Source: Myxococcales bacterium (GTDB lineage: Bacteria > Myxococcota > UBA727 > JABDBI01). Taken from it: 64,000 nt of DNA. The stretch covers positions 4,958 through 68,957 of the forward strand of contig CP060221.1 of assembly GCA_023898405.1 (NCBI GenBank), in the 5' to 3' direction. Of the stretch, positions 9,746 through 20,982 are shown piece by piece. The notes under the pieces were generated by a model. It saw only the letters and a list, made by a program, of their open reading frames with translations. It did not search any database and had not been told where the DNA came from. A program made the translations under genes and the position numbers. Numbering within the stretch: position 1 is the first letter of the stretch; every line of letters starts with the position of its first letter.

Positions 9746-9770
9746 CTAAGGGCGCATTAAAGCGCCCTAG
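9746..9770. terminator. GC-rich palindromic hairpin (CTAAGGGCGC-ATTAAA-GCGCCCTAG) downstream of the thioredoxin-like gene; probable terminator
   Basis: Perfect palindrome seen in sequence, 30 bp past the stop of the minus-strand gene. Confidence 0.4.
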
Positions 9771-9801
9771 CAGAAATCTAGCTCAACAATTTGTACCTGA
9801 A

Positions 9802-10287
9802 TTATTTGGTCCTTTTGACCAAATTATAGATAGCTTCAATGTCATTTTCATTCAGCACACCGTAGTGCCGATAGATGATGTTTTGATTTTGGTTTAAGAC
9901 AAAAATAGAGGGAACTTTTGTTATGCGATAGGCTCGTTGTGCAATACCACTTGGGTCAATTGCCATGTCAGTGGAAATGTTTTGTTGTTGAGCAAAATTT
10001 TTGGCGGCCACTAAATTATTTATTGAGATTAGGCGGCTATAAGCGAGGCCTTTAACTTTCTCTTCTAGCTTTTTAAACGGCTCGACATTTCTTTTGCAAT
10101 GCGGGCATGAAGCGGAAAAAAATTCCAACACAATAAATGAATTGCCGCTTGTATCGCAGATATTTTTTGACTCTCCTGAGATGTGTTCTAAAGTAGGGCA
10201 AAGGAGCTGTGCATCCGTGGCCGTTTCACAAAAAGAAGATAATGGAAATATTGTAACTAAGAAAAGGGTAGAGATAATTAGCTTCAT
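9802..10287 (-). CDS. exported thioredoxin-fold thiol:disulfide oxidoreductase (TlpA/ResA/DsbE-like)
   Basis: Signal peptide MKLIISTLFLVTIFPLSS; redox motif SCPHCK (CxxC). Confidence 0.6.
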   Translation of the reverse strand: MKLIISTLFLVTIFPLSSFCETATDAQLLCPTLEHISGESKNICDTSGNSFIVLEFFSASCPHCKRNVEPFKKLEEKVKGLAYSRLISINNLVAAKNFAQQQNISTDMAIDPSGIAQRAYRITKVPSIFVLNQNQNIIYRHYGVLNENDIEAIYNLVKRTK

Positions 10288-10379
10288 GTGAGCCCCCTAG
10301 AAGAATCGCATCCATATCATTGTCAATATATTTGCTGGAGTGGTCAAAATTTCTTTCGAGGAGTGCTCTCAATGTAAAT

Positions 10380-11786
10380 TTAACGAAGTATTCCTAACTG
10401 TGAGCTGTAAGTTTTGACCCAAGCAATGAGAGGGTCTGGGTAGATTCCTAGCGTTATAGTTAAGAGAGCGGCAATGATTGCAATACTTGAGAAAGGAATT
10501 TTTTCTAAGCTTTGATCTTCTGTAACGGGCTGAAACATAATGAGGCTAAGCCTTATAAAAGCAATAAAAGTCAGAACGCTTGCTGCAACCATGTGGGGTA
10601 GAAACATCCACAGATTAGCTTTTATAGAAGCGCTAAAAATAGAAAATTTCCCGATAAAACCTGCAGTAAGGGGGAAACCTGTTATGGAAAAAAAGCCTAT
10701 GAGTAAAGCTATAGAGTGAAGTGGACAGCGGAAGTAAAGACCTTTCAAATCCTCATTTTTGATGTGAGAAGACCTGCATGGTAATGAGTTAAGGGTGAGC
10801 AAAACAAGAAAAATTCCCAAAGAAAATGCGCACAGGTCTAATAGGACTGCCTCAATGCCTGCGATACTTTGACTCATCACTGCAATAAATAAAAATCCCA
10901 TATGACTGATGGATAAAAAGGCTAAGAAACGAAGGAAATTTTTCTCAATGATCATGAGACCACTTCCCAACCATAATGAAACTATTGCCATCGCTGATAA
11001 TGTTATGGAAACTGAATTGCTTTGATCAAAATAGATCAACGAAATGCGCAAAAATGTAAGCAAAACAGCGCTTTTACTGACCACAATCATTAAGGCTACA
11101 GTAAAGAATGGCGCTCCTTGGTACACTTGGGGAGCCCAGATATGAAAAGGAAAAATACTGAGCTTAAATGCAATGCCAATCAATACAAAGGCAATGCCAA
11201 AGAGCGAAAGTGGTGAAATCCCATCAAGTCTCCACCTGATTGCCTGAGCATAGAAATCAAAACTTTGGGTATCAGCATAAAACAACAGGATGCCAAACAA
11301 CATAAAACTCATTGCAATGGCTGAAAGCAAAAGGTAGCGCATCGACGATGAAATGGCATAAGGGTTTTTATGGTCTCGCGAGATAAGTGCATAGATTGGG
11401 ATCGACATACACTGGATAGCTACAAATAATATCATCCAGTTATGGCTAATGAGCACAGAAATAGCTCCAACTCCACTAAGAAGGATTAGAAGCAGTGAGC
11501 CAATATTTTTATCTGCATGAGAATTATTGAAAGACATAACCGTGATAGTAAAAAGCGATGGCAACACGAGTTGAAACCCAAAAGTTCCCAACGCGTCGAG
11601 GGAGATTCCCCAGATATTGATATTTGTTTGAGTGGCTACAAAACCAGAATACCAGGCCAGACCTAATAAAATAGCAAGCATGGCAAGTATGATACGCGGT
11701 GACCATCGAGCGATGTATGCACCGATAGTGAGAACTATAGCGGCACTAACAGATAAAAATGGGGCAAAAGCAATAATAGGGTTCAT
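10380..11786 (-). CDS. nuoN: NADH-quinone oxidoreductase subunit N
   Basis: Polytopic antiporter-like subunit; last gene of the nuo operon; operon context. Confidence 0.85.
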   Translation of the reverse strand: MNPIIAFAPFLSVSAAIVLTIGAYIARWSPRIILAMLAILLGLAWYSGFVATQTNINIWGISLDALGTFGFQLVLPSLFTITVMSFNNSHADKNIGSLLLILLSGVGAISVLISHNWMILFVAIQCMSIPIYALISRDHKNPYAISSSMRYLLLSAIAMSFMLFGILLFYADTQSFDFYAQAIRWRLDGISPLSLFGIAFVLIGIAFKLSIFPFHIWAPQVYQGAPFFTVALMIVVSKSAVLLTFLRISLIYFDQSNSVSITLSAMAIVSLWLGSGLMIIEKNFLRFLAFLSISHMGFLFIAVMSQSIAGIEAVLLDLCAFSLGIFLVLLTLNSLPCRSSHIKNEDLKGLYFRCPLHSIALLIGFFSITGFPLTAGFIGKFSIFSASIKANLWMFLPHMVAASVLTFIAFIRLSLIMFQPVTEDQSLEKIPFSSIAIIAALLTITLGIYPDPLIAWVKTYSSQLGILR

Positions 11787-13267
11787 GGCAATGCTACCTG
11801 TTTATCATGAAGTATTTTTAGTGAACTGGAGGCCTGAGTCTCTATATTTAGCGAAGAAGCGATGTCGAAGGAATTCAAAATTAAATTGGGAAAAAATCCG
11901 GCGACAAGTAAAGCCACGACGATAAGGCCGTACATCATGTTGTCTAATGAGGTATATGCAGAAATTTTTATATCTGAAGCACTACCCCAACAAAGTCTCT
12001 GAAATAACCAAAGAGAATAAATTGCCCCCAGTACCATTCCAAGAGCTACCAAAATCGAAATCACAGGTGCTGCGCTAAAAGTTCCCCACACCACCATCCA
12101 CTCACCGATAAAATTTCCAAACACTGGAAAACCAAGGCTTGCTAGAGAAAAAAATAAAATGATCACTGCAAGAATAGGATTTTTTTCCCATAGCCCATAG
12201 TTTTGACGCAAATCAACAGGAGAAAGTTGACGCACTATGAGAAGCAAAGACGCAGTACTAAAGGTTTGGCAGATCAATAAAAACATGACCCCTAAAAAAG
12301 AGGCTTGATTACTGGAAAACAGGCCCACCAGCAACATGCCTGCATGACTTAAAGTTCCATAAGCAAGCAATGAAGTAGGATTTCTTTGGCCAAAGGCTAC
12401 GATTGCACCATAAAAAATTGAAATCACTCCCACATACATAATGGGTTGTGCAAACAATGTGCATGCATCAGGAAACAGTGGCCAACTAAAGCGCATAAGA
12501 CCAAAAATAGCCGTTTTAATGAGCAGTCCCACCAAAATGATAGGAGCAGGTGCATTATTAAACACACCAGCAATCCATCCGTGAAATGGTACGCTGGGAA
12601 GCTTGATTAAAAATGCTAGTAGAAAACCCAAAAATAAATATGGTTGAACAGCGGTATCAATGGGCACTGATAATATTTTTGCATAGCTAAATGTAAAAAT
12701 ATTGGTCGACTGGAAATTGTAATAAGCCAGCCCAATAACCGAAAGCAATAAAATAAAGCCACTAAGCTGAGTGTAAAAAATATAGCGCATGCTTGAAGAA
12801 CGGCTTTCTTCCTTTCCATGGAAGAGCATCATCCAATACACGGGTAACAAGGATAGTTCCCAAAAAATAAAAAACAAAAATATGTCAACCGAAGCAAGCA
12901 AGCCTACTACAGCAAATACAGCCCAGCTGATGGAAGCAAAGTAAGACTTTAAATTTTTATCGGGATGAGCAAAAAAACATGCGATAATACCCATGACAAT
13001 CGTTAAAGCGATGAGCCACCAGGCGATGACATCAAGGCCAAAGTGCACATTGATATCCCATGTGCTAATCCAGGGCATTTGCCACTCATATAACCAGGGC
13101 GCAGCTTGAGTCGAGGAGGATAAAAATTCGACACCTATAGTCACGCATATAACGAGAGCTATAGCTATTCCTACTAGGGCAATAGTCTTTTGGAAAAAGA
13201 GACTATTCGGACCATAAAGAGAAAAAAAACCGCTGCTCAAAAGTATGATTAACAGTAAGGGAAGCAT
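11783..13267 (-). CDS. nuoM: NADH-quinone oxidoreductase subunit M
   Basis: Antiporter-like membrane subunit; 4-bp overlap with nuoN. Confidence 0.85.
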   Translation of the reverse strand: MLPLLLIILLSSGFFSLYGPNSLFFQKTIALVGIAIALVICVTIGVEFLSSSTQAAPWLYEWQMPWISTWDINVHFGLDVIAWWLIALTIVMGIIACFFAHPDKNLKSYFASISWAVFAVVGLLASVDIFLFFIFWELSLLPVYWMMLFHGKEESRSSSMRYIFYTQLSGFILLLSVIGLAYYNFQSTNIFTFSYAKILSVPIDTAVQPYLFLGFLLAFLIKLPSVPFHGWIAGVFNNAPAPIILVGLLIKTAIFGLMRFSWPLFPDACTLFAQPIMYVGVISIFYGAIVAFGQRNPTSLLAYGTLSHAGMLLVGLFSSNQASFLGVMFLLICQTFSTASLLLIVRQLSPVDLRQNYGLWEKNPILAVIILFFSLASLGFPVFGNFIGEWMVVWGTFSAAPVISILVALGMVLGAIYSLWLFQRLCWGSASDIKISAYTSLDNMMYGLIVVALLVAGFFPNLILNSFDIASSLNIETQASSSLKILHDKQVALP

Positions 13268-15105
13268 TATAAAACCACCATGGAGCCAGCCATGACAAGA
13301 GCTGCCAAAATTAAAAATGAAATGTAAGAACTAAGTTTTTCCGAGTGCAATTTACAAATGAGCGCAAAACTTCCTTTAAAAGCTAATAAAAAAGCAGCTT
13401 CGATTTTAAAGAAGAGATCGCAGGCCAAGTTTTTAGCAAGCCAACGATAGGGGAGAATGAAAATTATGGAGTAAAGTTCTTCGAACCCACCGCCATTTTT
13501 TAGGCGAGTTATCAAGAGATTTTTGCTGAGATTGGTTTTTCTGATTCCATAAATCACAATGGCGAGCAAAGCTCCAAAGGCAGCAATAAGTGTTGGAACA
13601 AAGAACATCAAAATATTTTCATCAACGTGAGCGACAGAATTAGCAATGCTTGGGGATAGCCAATGAGACATGAGCTTAAAGTTACCGAATATATGAGGCG
13701 TTTCAAGCCAACCTATTGAGACGGAAAAAACCGCTAATACACCAAGAGGTACAGCCATCATCCAATCAAGATGAATTTTATTTTGAGTTTTGCTTTGACC
13801 ATAGAAAGCCAACACAAGCATACGACAGGTATAAAAACCGGTAAGAAAAACTCCAAAAACTCCAGCACCCCAAGCAAAGGTATTTTGGGATACCAGACTT
13901 AGGATCCATTCCTTGCTAAAAAAGCCAGCTGTTATGAGAGGCATACCCATGAGGTTGAGCGAGCCGATCATAAAAAACCAAAATAAAGGAGGATGATTTT
14001 TTCTAAGTCCGCCCATTTTTCTTAGATCATACGTGTGAAGCGTATGGCCAATGACACCTGCAGACAAAAAGAGCAGTGCTTTAAAAAATGCATGCGTTCC
14101 TAAATGAAAAACAGCAGCTTGATATGCGCCCATACCAAGAGCAAGAAACATGTAGCCCAGCTGGCTCATGGTAGAATAGGCAAGAGTTTTTTTCATATCA
14201 CTCTGTATTGAAGCGATGATTCCAGCAAATATGAGTGTGGCAGCGCCCACAAAAAGAACCACGCTTAGAGCCAGTGGTGAAAGCTCAAACAGTTTGGAAA
14301 GGCGCGCGATCAAATAAATTCCAGCCGTTACCATGGTTGCAGCATGGATAAGCGCGCTTACCGGAGTAGGGCCCCACATTGCATCAGCCAACCAGGTTTG
14401 CAAAGGAAGCTGAGCAGATTTACCAACTGCTCCTCCTAAGAAACATAAAGCAGCAATCGTTAAAAGAATGCTTCCATTCGGATAAAGAATAAAAGCTTGT
14501 TCAGTTATGCTAGAGATAGTGAGGGTACCAAAAAGCCCGTAGCAGATGATGATTGCAAAAAGCAAAAAAACATCTCCCATCCGTGTGACCAAAAAAGCTT
14601 TTATTGCGGCTTTTTGGGCATCGGGTTCACGAAAATAAAAACCAATCAGCATATAGCTGCAAACTCCAACGCCTTCCCAACCCAAAAATAAGAGCAATAA
14701 ATTATCAGCCAAAACAAGAAGAAGCATAAATGCAACGAACATGTTTACACATACAAAGAAGCGTTGGACCCCAGGATCCTCTTCCATGTATCGAATAGCA
14801 TAGAGAACGATAAAAAATGAAACAAAGCTAACCACCACGCACATGCTAAGAGATAAACTATCGAGACGAAGCAAAAAGTCTATCGCTTGAAAATTGCCAA
14901 CAGCGGGAATCCACGTAGTGATTTTTTGAGAAATATTTATCTCAGCATGAGCCTTGGCTAAAAGATACAACGCAGCCGTGGCCGAAGAAAAAATTCCAAC
15001 GGCACTGAAAAATTTCAACGCAACACGGCCAATTTTTGCGCCAAAAAATAAAATTAAGAGCGCTGCCACAAAAGGTAGGGCAAATAAAAGGAGAGGGGTT
15101 ATCAT
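13267..15105 (-). CDS. nuoL: NADH-quinone oxidoreductase subunit L
   Basis: 612-aa antiporter-like subunit with long C-terminal extension; operon position. Confidence 0.85.
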   Translation of the reverse strand: MITPLLLFALPFVAALLILFFGAKIGRVALKFFSAVGIFSSATAALYLLAKAHAEINISQKITTWIPAVGNFQAIDFLLRLDSLSLSMCVVVSFVSFFIVLYAIRYMEEDPGVQRFFVCVNMFVAFMLLLVLADNLLLLFLGWEGVGVCSYMLIGFYFREPDAQKAAIKAFLVTRMGDVFLLFAIIICYGLFGTLTISSITEQAFILYPNGSILLTIAALCFLGGAVGKSAQLPLQTWLADAMWGPTPVSALIHAATMVTAGIYLIARLSKLFELSPLALSVVLFVGAATLIFAGIIASIQSDMKKTLAYSTMSQLGYMFLALGMGAYQAAVFHLGTHAFFKALLFLSAGVIGHTLHTYDLRKMGGLRKNHPPLFWFFMIGSLNLMGMPLITAGFFSKEWILSLVSQNTFAWGAGVFGVFLTGFYTCRMLVLAFYGQSKTQNKIHLDWMMAVPLGVLAVFSVSIGWLETPHIFGNFKLMSHWLSPSIANSVAHVDENILMFFVPTLIAAFGALLAIVIYGIRKTNLSKNLLITRLKNGGGFEELYSIIFILPYRWLAKNLACDLFFKIEAAFLLAFKGSFALICKLHSEKLSSYISFLILAALVMAGSMVVL

Positions 15106-15404
15106 GCCTTATCCTCATTCGAAATGCTAATATCTAAAGTTTTAAAAATACGATCGTAGTTAAGCACCAGTGCAAGCGCTATGCAAACTTCAGCAGCAGC
15201 CACAGAAAGAATCAACAAGAACATGATATGTCCCTCGACATTAGCATTGTGAATCGCAACTCCAATAAAGCCAAAAGCTGCTCCATTAAACATGGCTTCA
15301 ATGGCTAAGAGTAAACGTAAAATGCTTCTTTGAAGTGTAAGCCCCATAAGTCCTAGGCCAAAGAGTGCACCAGATATAATCAAAATATGTTCGATAGGAA
15401 TCAT
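15102..15404 (-). CDS. nuoK: NADH-quinone oxidoreductase subunit K
   Basis: 100-aa three-TM protein MIPIEHILIISGALFGLGLMGL; operon position. Confidence 0.85.
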   Translation of the reverse strand: MIPIEHILIISGALFGLGLMGLTLQRSILRLLLAIEAMFNGAAFGFIGVAIHNANVEGHIMFLLILSVAAAEVCIALALVLNYDRIFKTLDISISNEDKA

Positions 15405-15916
15405 GATTTTTTAGGCTCCAAGCTATTAGTTCGAGCCATAAGATGTAAAGCGACATAAATGGCAGATAACAAACCGGCGAGTAACAACATAGAGGTGAGC
15501 TCAACTAAAAATCCGTACTTTATAAACAAGGCACGAGCGATGTCTGTTATTTCTTGGGTTCCAGCAGAAGGAAGCGATAAATGAGAATCTAATACTAAAG
15601 AAAGTTCGCCCCAAAATAGTCCAAAGATCAGCAGGGAAAGTAGGGTAGTATTTTTTGGGTGGGAAGTCTCTTGGCCATTGCTTATGGGTAGTTGCAGCAA
15701 CATGACCGCAAAAGCAAAAAGCACCATGATGGCACCAGCATAGACAATAACCAGTAAGCCAGCAGCCAAGGGAGCCGAAAGAAAATACAATGCTACGGCC
15801 AAAAACAGCAAAGAGGAAACCATAGCGATCAATGCGTGGACCGTATGTTTAAGCGTCATCGCGAAAGCCATGGCAACTATCGCCATGGATGCGTGTATGT
15901 AAAACCCTGTCTCCAT
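15401..15916 (-). CDS. nuoJ: NADH-quinone oxidoreductase subunit J
   Basis: 171-aa membrane protein; operon position. Confidence 0.8.
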   Translation of the reverse strand: METGFYIHASMAIVAMAFAMTLKHTVHALIAMVSSLLFLAVALYFLSAPLAAGLLVIVYAGAIMVLFAFAVMLLQLPISNGQETSHPKNTTLLSLLIFGLFWGELSLVLDSHLSLPSAGTQEITDIARALFIKYGFLVELTSMLLLAGLLSAIYVALHLMARTNSLEPKKS

Positions 15917-15924
15917 AAATTCTC

Positions 15925-16440
15925 CTAGGGAAGTAAGCTGTGTACATCCACAGGCTTTTTTTCTCCCATGGCTTCGCCTTTTTCTTTACCTAAAATAGCC
16001 AGACCTGCGACGCGATAATAGTTGTACTCAGGAGCTTTGCCAGGGCCAGAAATAAGCAGGTCTTCTTTTTCATAAACCATATTGTTTCTTTGAAATTCGG
16101 CCATTTCATAATCAGGTGTTAATTGTATAGCGAGCGTAGGGCATGCTTCCTCACACATTCCACAATAAATGCAGCGCGAAAAATTTATGCGAAAAGATTT
16201 AGGAAAGCGTCTTTTGCGATCATCTTCAGCTGCTTCAATAGCAATGCAATCCACAGGACAAACACTCGAACATAGATAGCATGCAACGCAGCGTTCTTCT
16301 CCATCAGGATCGCGCGTTAGTACAATTCGACCACGATAACGAGGAGAAAGCTTAGGTTTTTCTTCCGGATATAGTCGAGTGGTGGGTTTTGTGAAAGTGT
16401 GAGTCAATACCACCCAAATGCTTTTTAATATGCTCAGCAT
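15925..16440 (-). CDS. nuoI: NADH-quinone oxidoreductase subunit I (2x[4Fe-4S] ferredoxin-like)
   Basis: Two CxxCxxCxxxCP motifs: [12 protein letters not shown] and [12 protein letters not shown]. Confidence 0.9.
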   Translation of the reverse strand: MLSILKSIWVVLTHTFTKPTTRLYPEEKPKLSPRYRGRIVLTRDPDGEERCVACYLCSSVCPVDCIAIEAAEDDRKRRFPKSFRINFSRCIYCGMCEEACPTLAIQLTPDYEMAEFQRNNMVYEKEDLLISGPGKAPEYNYYRVAGLAILGKEKGEAMGEKKPVDVHSLLP

Positions 16441-16451
16441 AAATCCACCAC

Positions 16452-17405
16452 CTACATCAATGCTACTAATGCCGTAAATAATAGATTTACCAGGCTTAGG
16501 GGTAATAAAAATTTCCAGCCAAAACTTATGAGTTGATCGATTCGAGGCCTTGGCAATGCTGCTCGAAGCAAAATAAAGCTTGCTATCAGCGCACAGGTTT
16601 TAAGCATGAACCAAATGAAGGGAGGGAGAATCGGACCCTGCCAACCTCCAAAAAAAAGTATGGTCATCATGGCTGACATTAAAGTTATACCCATATATTC
16701 ACCCACGAAAAACATACCAAATTTTAGACCGCTATATTCTGAGTGAAATCCAGCTATCAATTCGCTTTCTGCTTCTGGTAGATCAAAAGGCAAACGATGA
16801 GTTTCTGCTAACGCAGCAATATAAAAAACAATAAAACCTATGAACTGCCCTAAGATATTCCAGCCAGTGCTCTGAGCTTCGATAATATCGATAAATCTGA
16901 AAGATCCTGTTTTAATGACAACTCCCATTAAAGAGATTCCCATAAAAACCTCGTAGGCTATCATTTGACCAATGCTTCTGATTGATCCCAACAAAGCATA
17001 TTTGTTATTTGATGCCCAACCAGCAAGAGCGATGCTGTAGGTTCCCAAAGAAGAAAGAGCCAGAAAAACTAAAATCCCCACTTCTGAGTCAAAAACTACT
17101 AAGTCTCTCGTCCAGGGGATAAGTGAGAAGCTTGCCAATATCGAGCCAATAATAATCGCAGGAGCAAGAATAAAAACCTTTTTATCGGCAAATGGAGGAA
17201 TCCAATCCTCTTTGAAAAACATTTTGATAGCATCAGCAACAACCTGTAGAAGTCCTAGTGGCCCAACTCTATTGGGACCAAGGCGATCTTGCCAAATTGC
17301 AAGCAGGCGTCGCTCAGCCCAGATAAGAAGGGCCCCCATCGTAAGTGGAATAAGAAGGGCAATGATAGGCGAAGCTATAGCCCACCAAAAATTGAAATCT
17401 ATCAT
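16452..17405 (-). CDS. nuoH: NADH-quinone oxidoreductase subunit H
   Basis: 317-aa polytopic protein with conserved [16 protein letters not shown] segment. Confidence 0.9.
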   Translation of the reverse strand: MIDFNFWWAIASPIIALLIPLTMGALLIWAERRLLAIWQDRLGPNRVGPLGLLQVVADAIKMFFKEDWIPPFADKKVFILAPAIIIGSILASFSLIPWTRDLVVFDSEVGILVFLALSSLGTYSIALAGWASNNKYALLGSIRSIGQMIAYEVFMGISLMGVVIKTGSFRFIDIIEAQSTGWNILGQFIGFIVFYIAALAETHRLPFDLPEAESELIAGFHSEYSGLKFGMFFVGEYMGITLMSAMMTILFFGGWQGPILPPFIWFMLKTCALIASFILLRAALPRPRIDQLISFGWKFLLPLSLVNLLFTALVALM

Positions 17406-19729
17406 AGAGCGCCTTCCTCTCTATTCTTAGCGTCGATGTGTTTAAAAATCTTTAGACCGCTAATTTCATCGCCAGGATTTTTACGAGCCATAAGCGTGTC
17501 TCTAAATGAAGCTTGTACAGAGTTCCATCGAGGTTCCCACGAGGATGATATCAATGGCAGAGGGATCTTTCTTCGGGCACCTTCCATTGAATACACTAGG
17601 GGAGAGTCGAGATCTGTAAGAGGCTTAGGCTCATGCATGCTTTTATCTGCATTCATGGCGGTGCGACCGCTGTATTCACTTGTCTGTCGCGCAATACCGT
17701 GTCCCATCACTTTAAAGTCAGCCTTGAATAATTTATTAAAAATATCCTCCGGCCAATGAAGTTCGTGAGCTAAGGCAGAACAAAGCATATCATTATTTTC
17801 CCACTGATATTTTTTGTCTAAGAAAGGGAGAAGCATGCGCCAAGGGGACTGGATATGCTGATCATCGGTACTAAAAACGCTAAAATAGCGTTGGAGTCTT
17901 CCTTCCTGACTGATAACCGAACCAGTGCTTTGAGCAAAACTTAAACAGGGAAGCGCAATGTCAGCTTTTTCGACAGTTGCATTGTGCTCGTAATCGATCA
18001 CTATCATGTGTTTGGCTGATGTGATCGCAGCCAATGAGCTCTCATCAAAATGAGAGTACAAATCGTTTTCTAAAATAATAACAACATCGACAGGAGCTTT
18101 AAGCTTAGATAAAGGCTGTGCAGAGAGCAAAGCCAATCCAATACTGTTAACCTGGGGAGCCACTATAGAAAGCTTGGCTTCTTGAGAAAGTGGCTCAAGA
18201 AGCTGTGCAACATTTTTGATCAACACTGGATTGTGGAGCGAAGTTCCGCAGATAATGACAGGCCTTTTGGCTTTTAAGAGGGCTTGTCCTGCTTGTTCTA
18301 TCCAAGAATCTAGCTTAGAGTTGCTCGATTTGTTTTCTAAAAATAATTTTAACTCTAGGAGCAGTTCGTGCAATTTTTCTAAGGGTAACGCGCATGTATC
18401 TTGTGCTATGTCGTCAAGGCCAGTGGTTGTAATGTGAGCACTTAATAAGGGAAACGTCGAATTTCTTACATGATTGCGTACAGCCCCATCATTCCATGAT
18501 GGAATTTTTTGCTCAACCCAAGCTTTTTCTTCCGCTGCACTGATCGCAGCCTGACGTACGCTCAATGCCATCATGGGAGCGCTGTGAGTAATATCCTCGC
18601 CAATAATAATAATAGCATCAGATTCTCTAATGTCTCTGAGAGAAGCAATTTGTTGGGGATAGTGTTTAAGCTGGGCTAGGGCTTCATTTACGCTCAGAGA
18701 AACTGACGAGTTCTCTCCGTCATAGAAATTTTCTGCTCCAACCAGTTGGCGCAGAGCCCAGTTTGATTCGAGCGAGGCTTTAGCACTGCCAATGCCGATG
18801 ATATTGTGTGTGGTTTCCAAAATAGCTTTAATTTTTTCATTCGCCTCACCCACATCAGATGCTTTACCTTGGAGTAGAGCAGTTTTTAGGCGTCTAGGAC
18901 TGTTGATGAATTCGTGACCAAAACGCCCTCGATCACATATAAAATAGCCATTTACATCATGATTATAGCGATTTTGGATACGTCTCAGCTGCCCATAACG
19001 TGCCCCAGGAGAAATATTACATCCCACGCTACAGCGTTGACATATGGATGGAGCTGTTTGTAGATCCCATTTTCGTATGTGATGGCGATGAAATAATTTG
19101 TCGGTAAAAACGCCGGTGGGGCAGACCTCTACAAGATTGCCGCTAAAACCGCTTTCAAGCCTCCCATCCTCATTACGCCCAAAGTAAACGCGTCCACTAT
19201 TGGCAAAAGGGCTTAAATCTGTGCCTCCGGCAATATCGCGATAGTAACGTACGCAACGATAACAGGTTATACACCGGTTCATCTCATGATTGATGTAAGG
19301 ACCAAGGTTTTGATTTTGAAAGGTGCGTTTCTTAAAACGATAATGACGAGAGTTATGACCTGTCATGACCGTCATATCCTGCAAATGGCACTCTCCACCC
19401 TCATCGCACACAGGGCAATCGTGGGGGTGGTTAATCATCATCCACTCGATAACGTGTTTTCTAAAATTGGTACACGTAGGATGGTCGATAGAAAAGCGTG
19501 CACCTTCCTTTAAAGGCGTCATACACGCCATAACGGTACGTCCCTGAGTGTCATTTTCGTCTGCAAACTGTTGAACTGCGCATTGGCGGCATGAACCAAC
19601 AGAGCCTAAAGCCGGATGCCAACAAAAATAAGGTAAGTTGAGGCCTTCTAGTAAAGCAGCCTCTAAAAGATTGCTGTTTGGATCGCATTCATAGGATTTT
19701 TGATCGATAAAAATAGTTGTCATGAACAT
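17402..19729 (-). CDS. nuoG: NADH-quinone oxidoreductase subunit G (775 aa)
   Basis: N-terminal 2Fe-2S/4Fe-4S cysteine clusters CWHPALGSVGSCRQCAV and HPHDCPVCDEGGEC; molybdopterin-like C-terminal region. Confidence 0.9.
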   Translation of the reverse strand: MFMTTIFIDQKSYECDPNSNLLEAALLEGLNLPYFCWHPALGSVGSCRQCAVQQFADENDTQGRTVMACMTPLKEGARFSIDHPTCTNFRKHVIEWMMINHPHDCPVCDEGGECHLQDMTVMTGHNSRHYRFKKRTFQNQNLGPYINHEMNRCITCYRCVRYYRDIAGGTDLSPFANSGRVYFGRNEDGRLESGFSGNLVEVCPTGVFTDKLFHRHHIRKWDLQTAPSICQRCSVGCNISPGARYGQLRRIQNRYNHDVNGYFICDRGRFGHEFINSPRRLKTALLQGKASDVGEANEKIKAILETTHNIIGIGSAKASLESNWALRQLVGAENFYDGENSSVSLSVNEALAQLKHYPQQIASLRDIRESDAIIIIGEDITHSAPMMALSVRQAAISAAEEKAWVEQKIPSWNDGAVRNHVRNSTFPLLSAHITTTGLDDIAQDTCALPLEKLHELLLELKLFLENKSSNSKLDSWIEQAGQALLKAKRPVIICGTSLHNPVLIKNVAQLLEPLSQEAKLSIVAPQVNSIGLALLSAQPLSKLKAPVDVVIILENDLYSHFDESSLAAITSAKHMIVIDYEHNATVEKADIALPCLSFAQSTGSVISQEGRLQRYFSVFSTDDQHIQSPWRMLLPFLDKKYQWENNDMLCSALAHELHWPEDIFNKLFKADFKVMGHGIARQTSEYSGRTAMNADKSMHEPKPLTDLDSPLVYSMEGARRKIPLPLISSSWEPRWNSVQASFRDTLMARKNPGDEISGLKIFKHIDAKNREEGAL

Positions 19730-19731
19730 CC

Positions 19732-20982
19732 TCAGTTGCCATAGGGGCAGCGCTTTTGAGCTATATGTTCCAAAAAATCTTTGCGAAAAAGTTTAAGCCC
19801 AGACCCTAAGGGGGCTGAAGCGCCAGGAGCAAGAGCACAAAACGTGCTTCCTGGTCCCAGTAAACGCGCATGATTTTCTAATATTCCAATATCTGATTCC
19901 TGGCCTTCGCCGCGTTCAATAGCCGATAGTGTCTCATAAACAAAAGATAAGCCTTCTCTGCACGGTGTGCAAAACCCACATGATTCTTGTTTGAAAAATT
20001 TTTCTAGATTCAAAAGCATTCCCACCGGACAGGTGTGGTCATCAAGAATAATCATGGTTCCAGTACCCATTCGAGTTCTTTTTTGAGCCATGGAACTGTA
20101 GTCCATAGGTACATCAAGATATTCTTCCGTTAAAAAATCTGTAGAAGCGCCTCCAGGCAAAAATGCTCTAAGCTTAAGCCCAGCTCTCATCCCTCCGGCG
20201 CAGTTTTCAAGAATTTCACGTCCTAACGTACCCATGGGGAGCTCAAAAGCTCCAGGATAGTTTACTTTTCCACTGACGCCATAGATTTTGGTACCAGCAT
20301 CGATTGCTTTTCCCAAAGTTTTAAACCACGCAGCGCCTTTTCGTAGAATATGAGGAAGATTGCTTACAGTCTCAACATTCTGTACAAGGGTAGGTTTCCC
20401 CCATAATCCACTGACCTGAGGAAAAGGAGGCTTAGCTCGAGGAGTTGCTCTGCGGCCTTCAAGAGCATTCAAAAGCGCCGTTTCTTCGCCACAGATATAT
20501 CGTCCAGCACTCATATGAATAAAAATATCCAGGTTATAAAAAAGATTGGCCTTGTGAGCTTCATGCAAGGCGTGCTCTAAATATTTTTCAGCGGTTTTAT
20601 ATTCGCCTCTTAAAAATATATAGGCGACTTTTGCCCCAATAGCATGTGCAGCGATCATTACACCTTCAATGAGCTGGTGCGGATTACCTTCTAAAAGCCA
20701 ACGATCTTTAAAGGTTCCAGGCTCCATCTCATCAGCATTGACAACCAGATAATGAACGTCATGCTCATCAATCACTGGCGGCACAGCGCTCATCTTGATG
20801 CCAGTGCTAAAACCTGCGCCACCGCGCCCTAAAAGTCCAGCCTCTTTGATGAGACTAATAACCTCACCAGGCTCCATTTTTATTGCATTATTAAGGCCTT
20901 CATATCCATGAGCAGATTGATAATCCTTTAAACTAAGGGGTTGACCATTGGTGTTCATGAGTCCGGTGAGAGGATTCTTCAC
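19732..20982 (-). CDS. nuoF: NADH-quinone oxidoreductase subunit F (NADH/FMN-binding)
   Basis: GLLGRGGAGFSTG motif and C-terminal 4Fe-4S cysteines ESCGFCTPCREG. Confidence 0.9.
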   Translation of the reverse strand: MKNPLTGLMNTNGQPLSLKDYQSAHGYEGLNNAIKMEPGEVISLIKEAGLLGRGGAGFSTGIKMSAVPPVIDEHDVHYLVVNADEMEPGTFKDRWLLEGNPHQLIEGVMIAAHAIGAKVAYIFLRGEYKTAEKYLEHALHEAHKANLFYNLDIFIHMSAGRYICGEETALLNALEGRRATPRAKPPFPQVSGLWGKPTLVQNVETVSNLPHILRKGAAWFKTLGKAIDAGTKIYGVSGKVNYPGAFELPMGTLGREILENCAGGMRAGLKLRAFLPGGASTDFLTEEYLDVPMDYSSMAQKRTRMGTGTMIILDDHTCPVGMLLNLEKFFKQESCGFCTPCREGLSFVYETLSAIERGEGQESDIGILENHARLLGPGSTFCALAPGASAPLGSGLKLFRKDFLEHIAQKRCPYGN

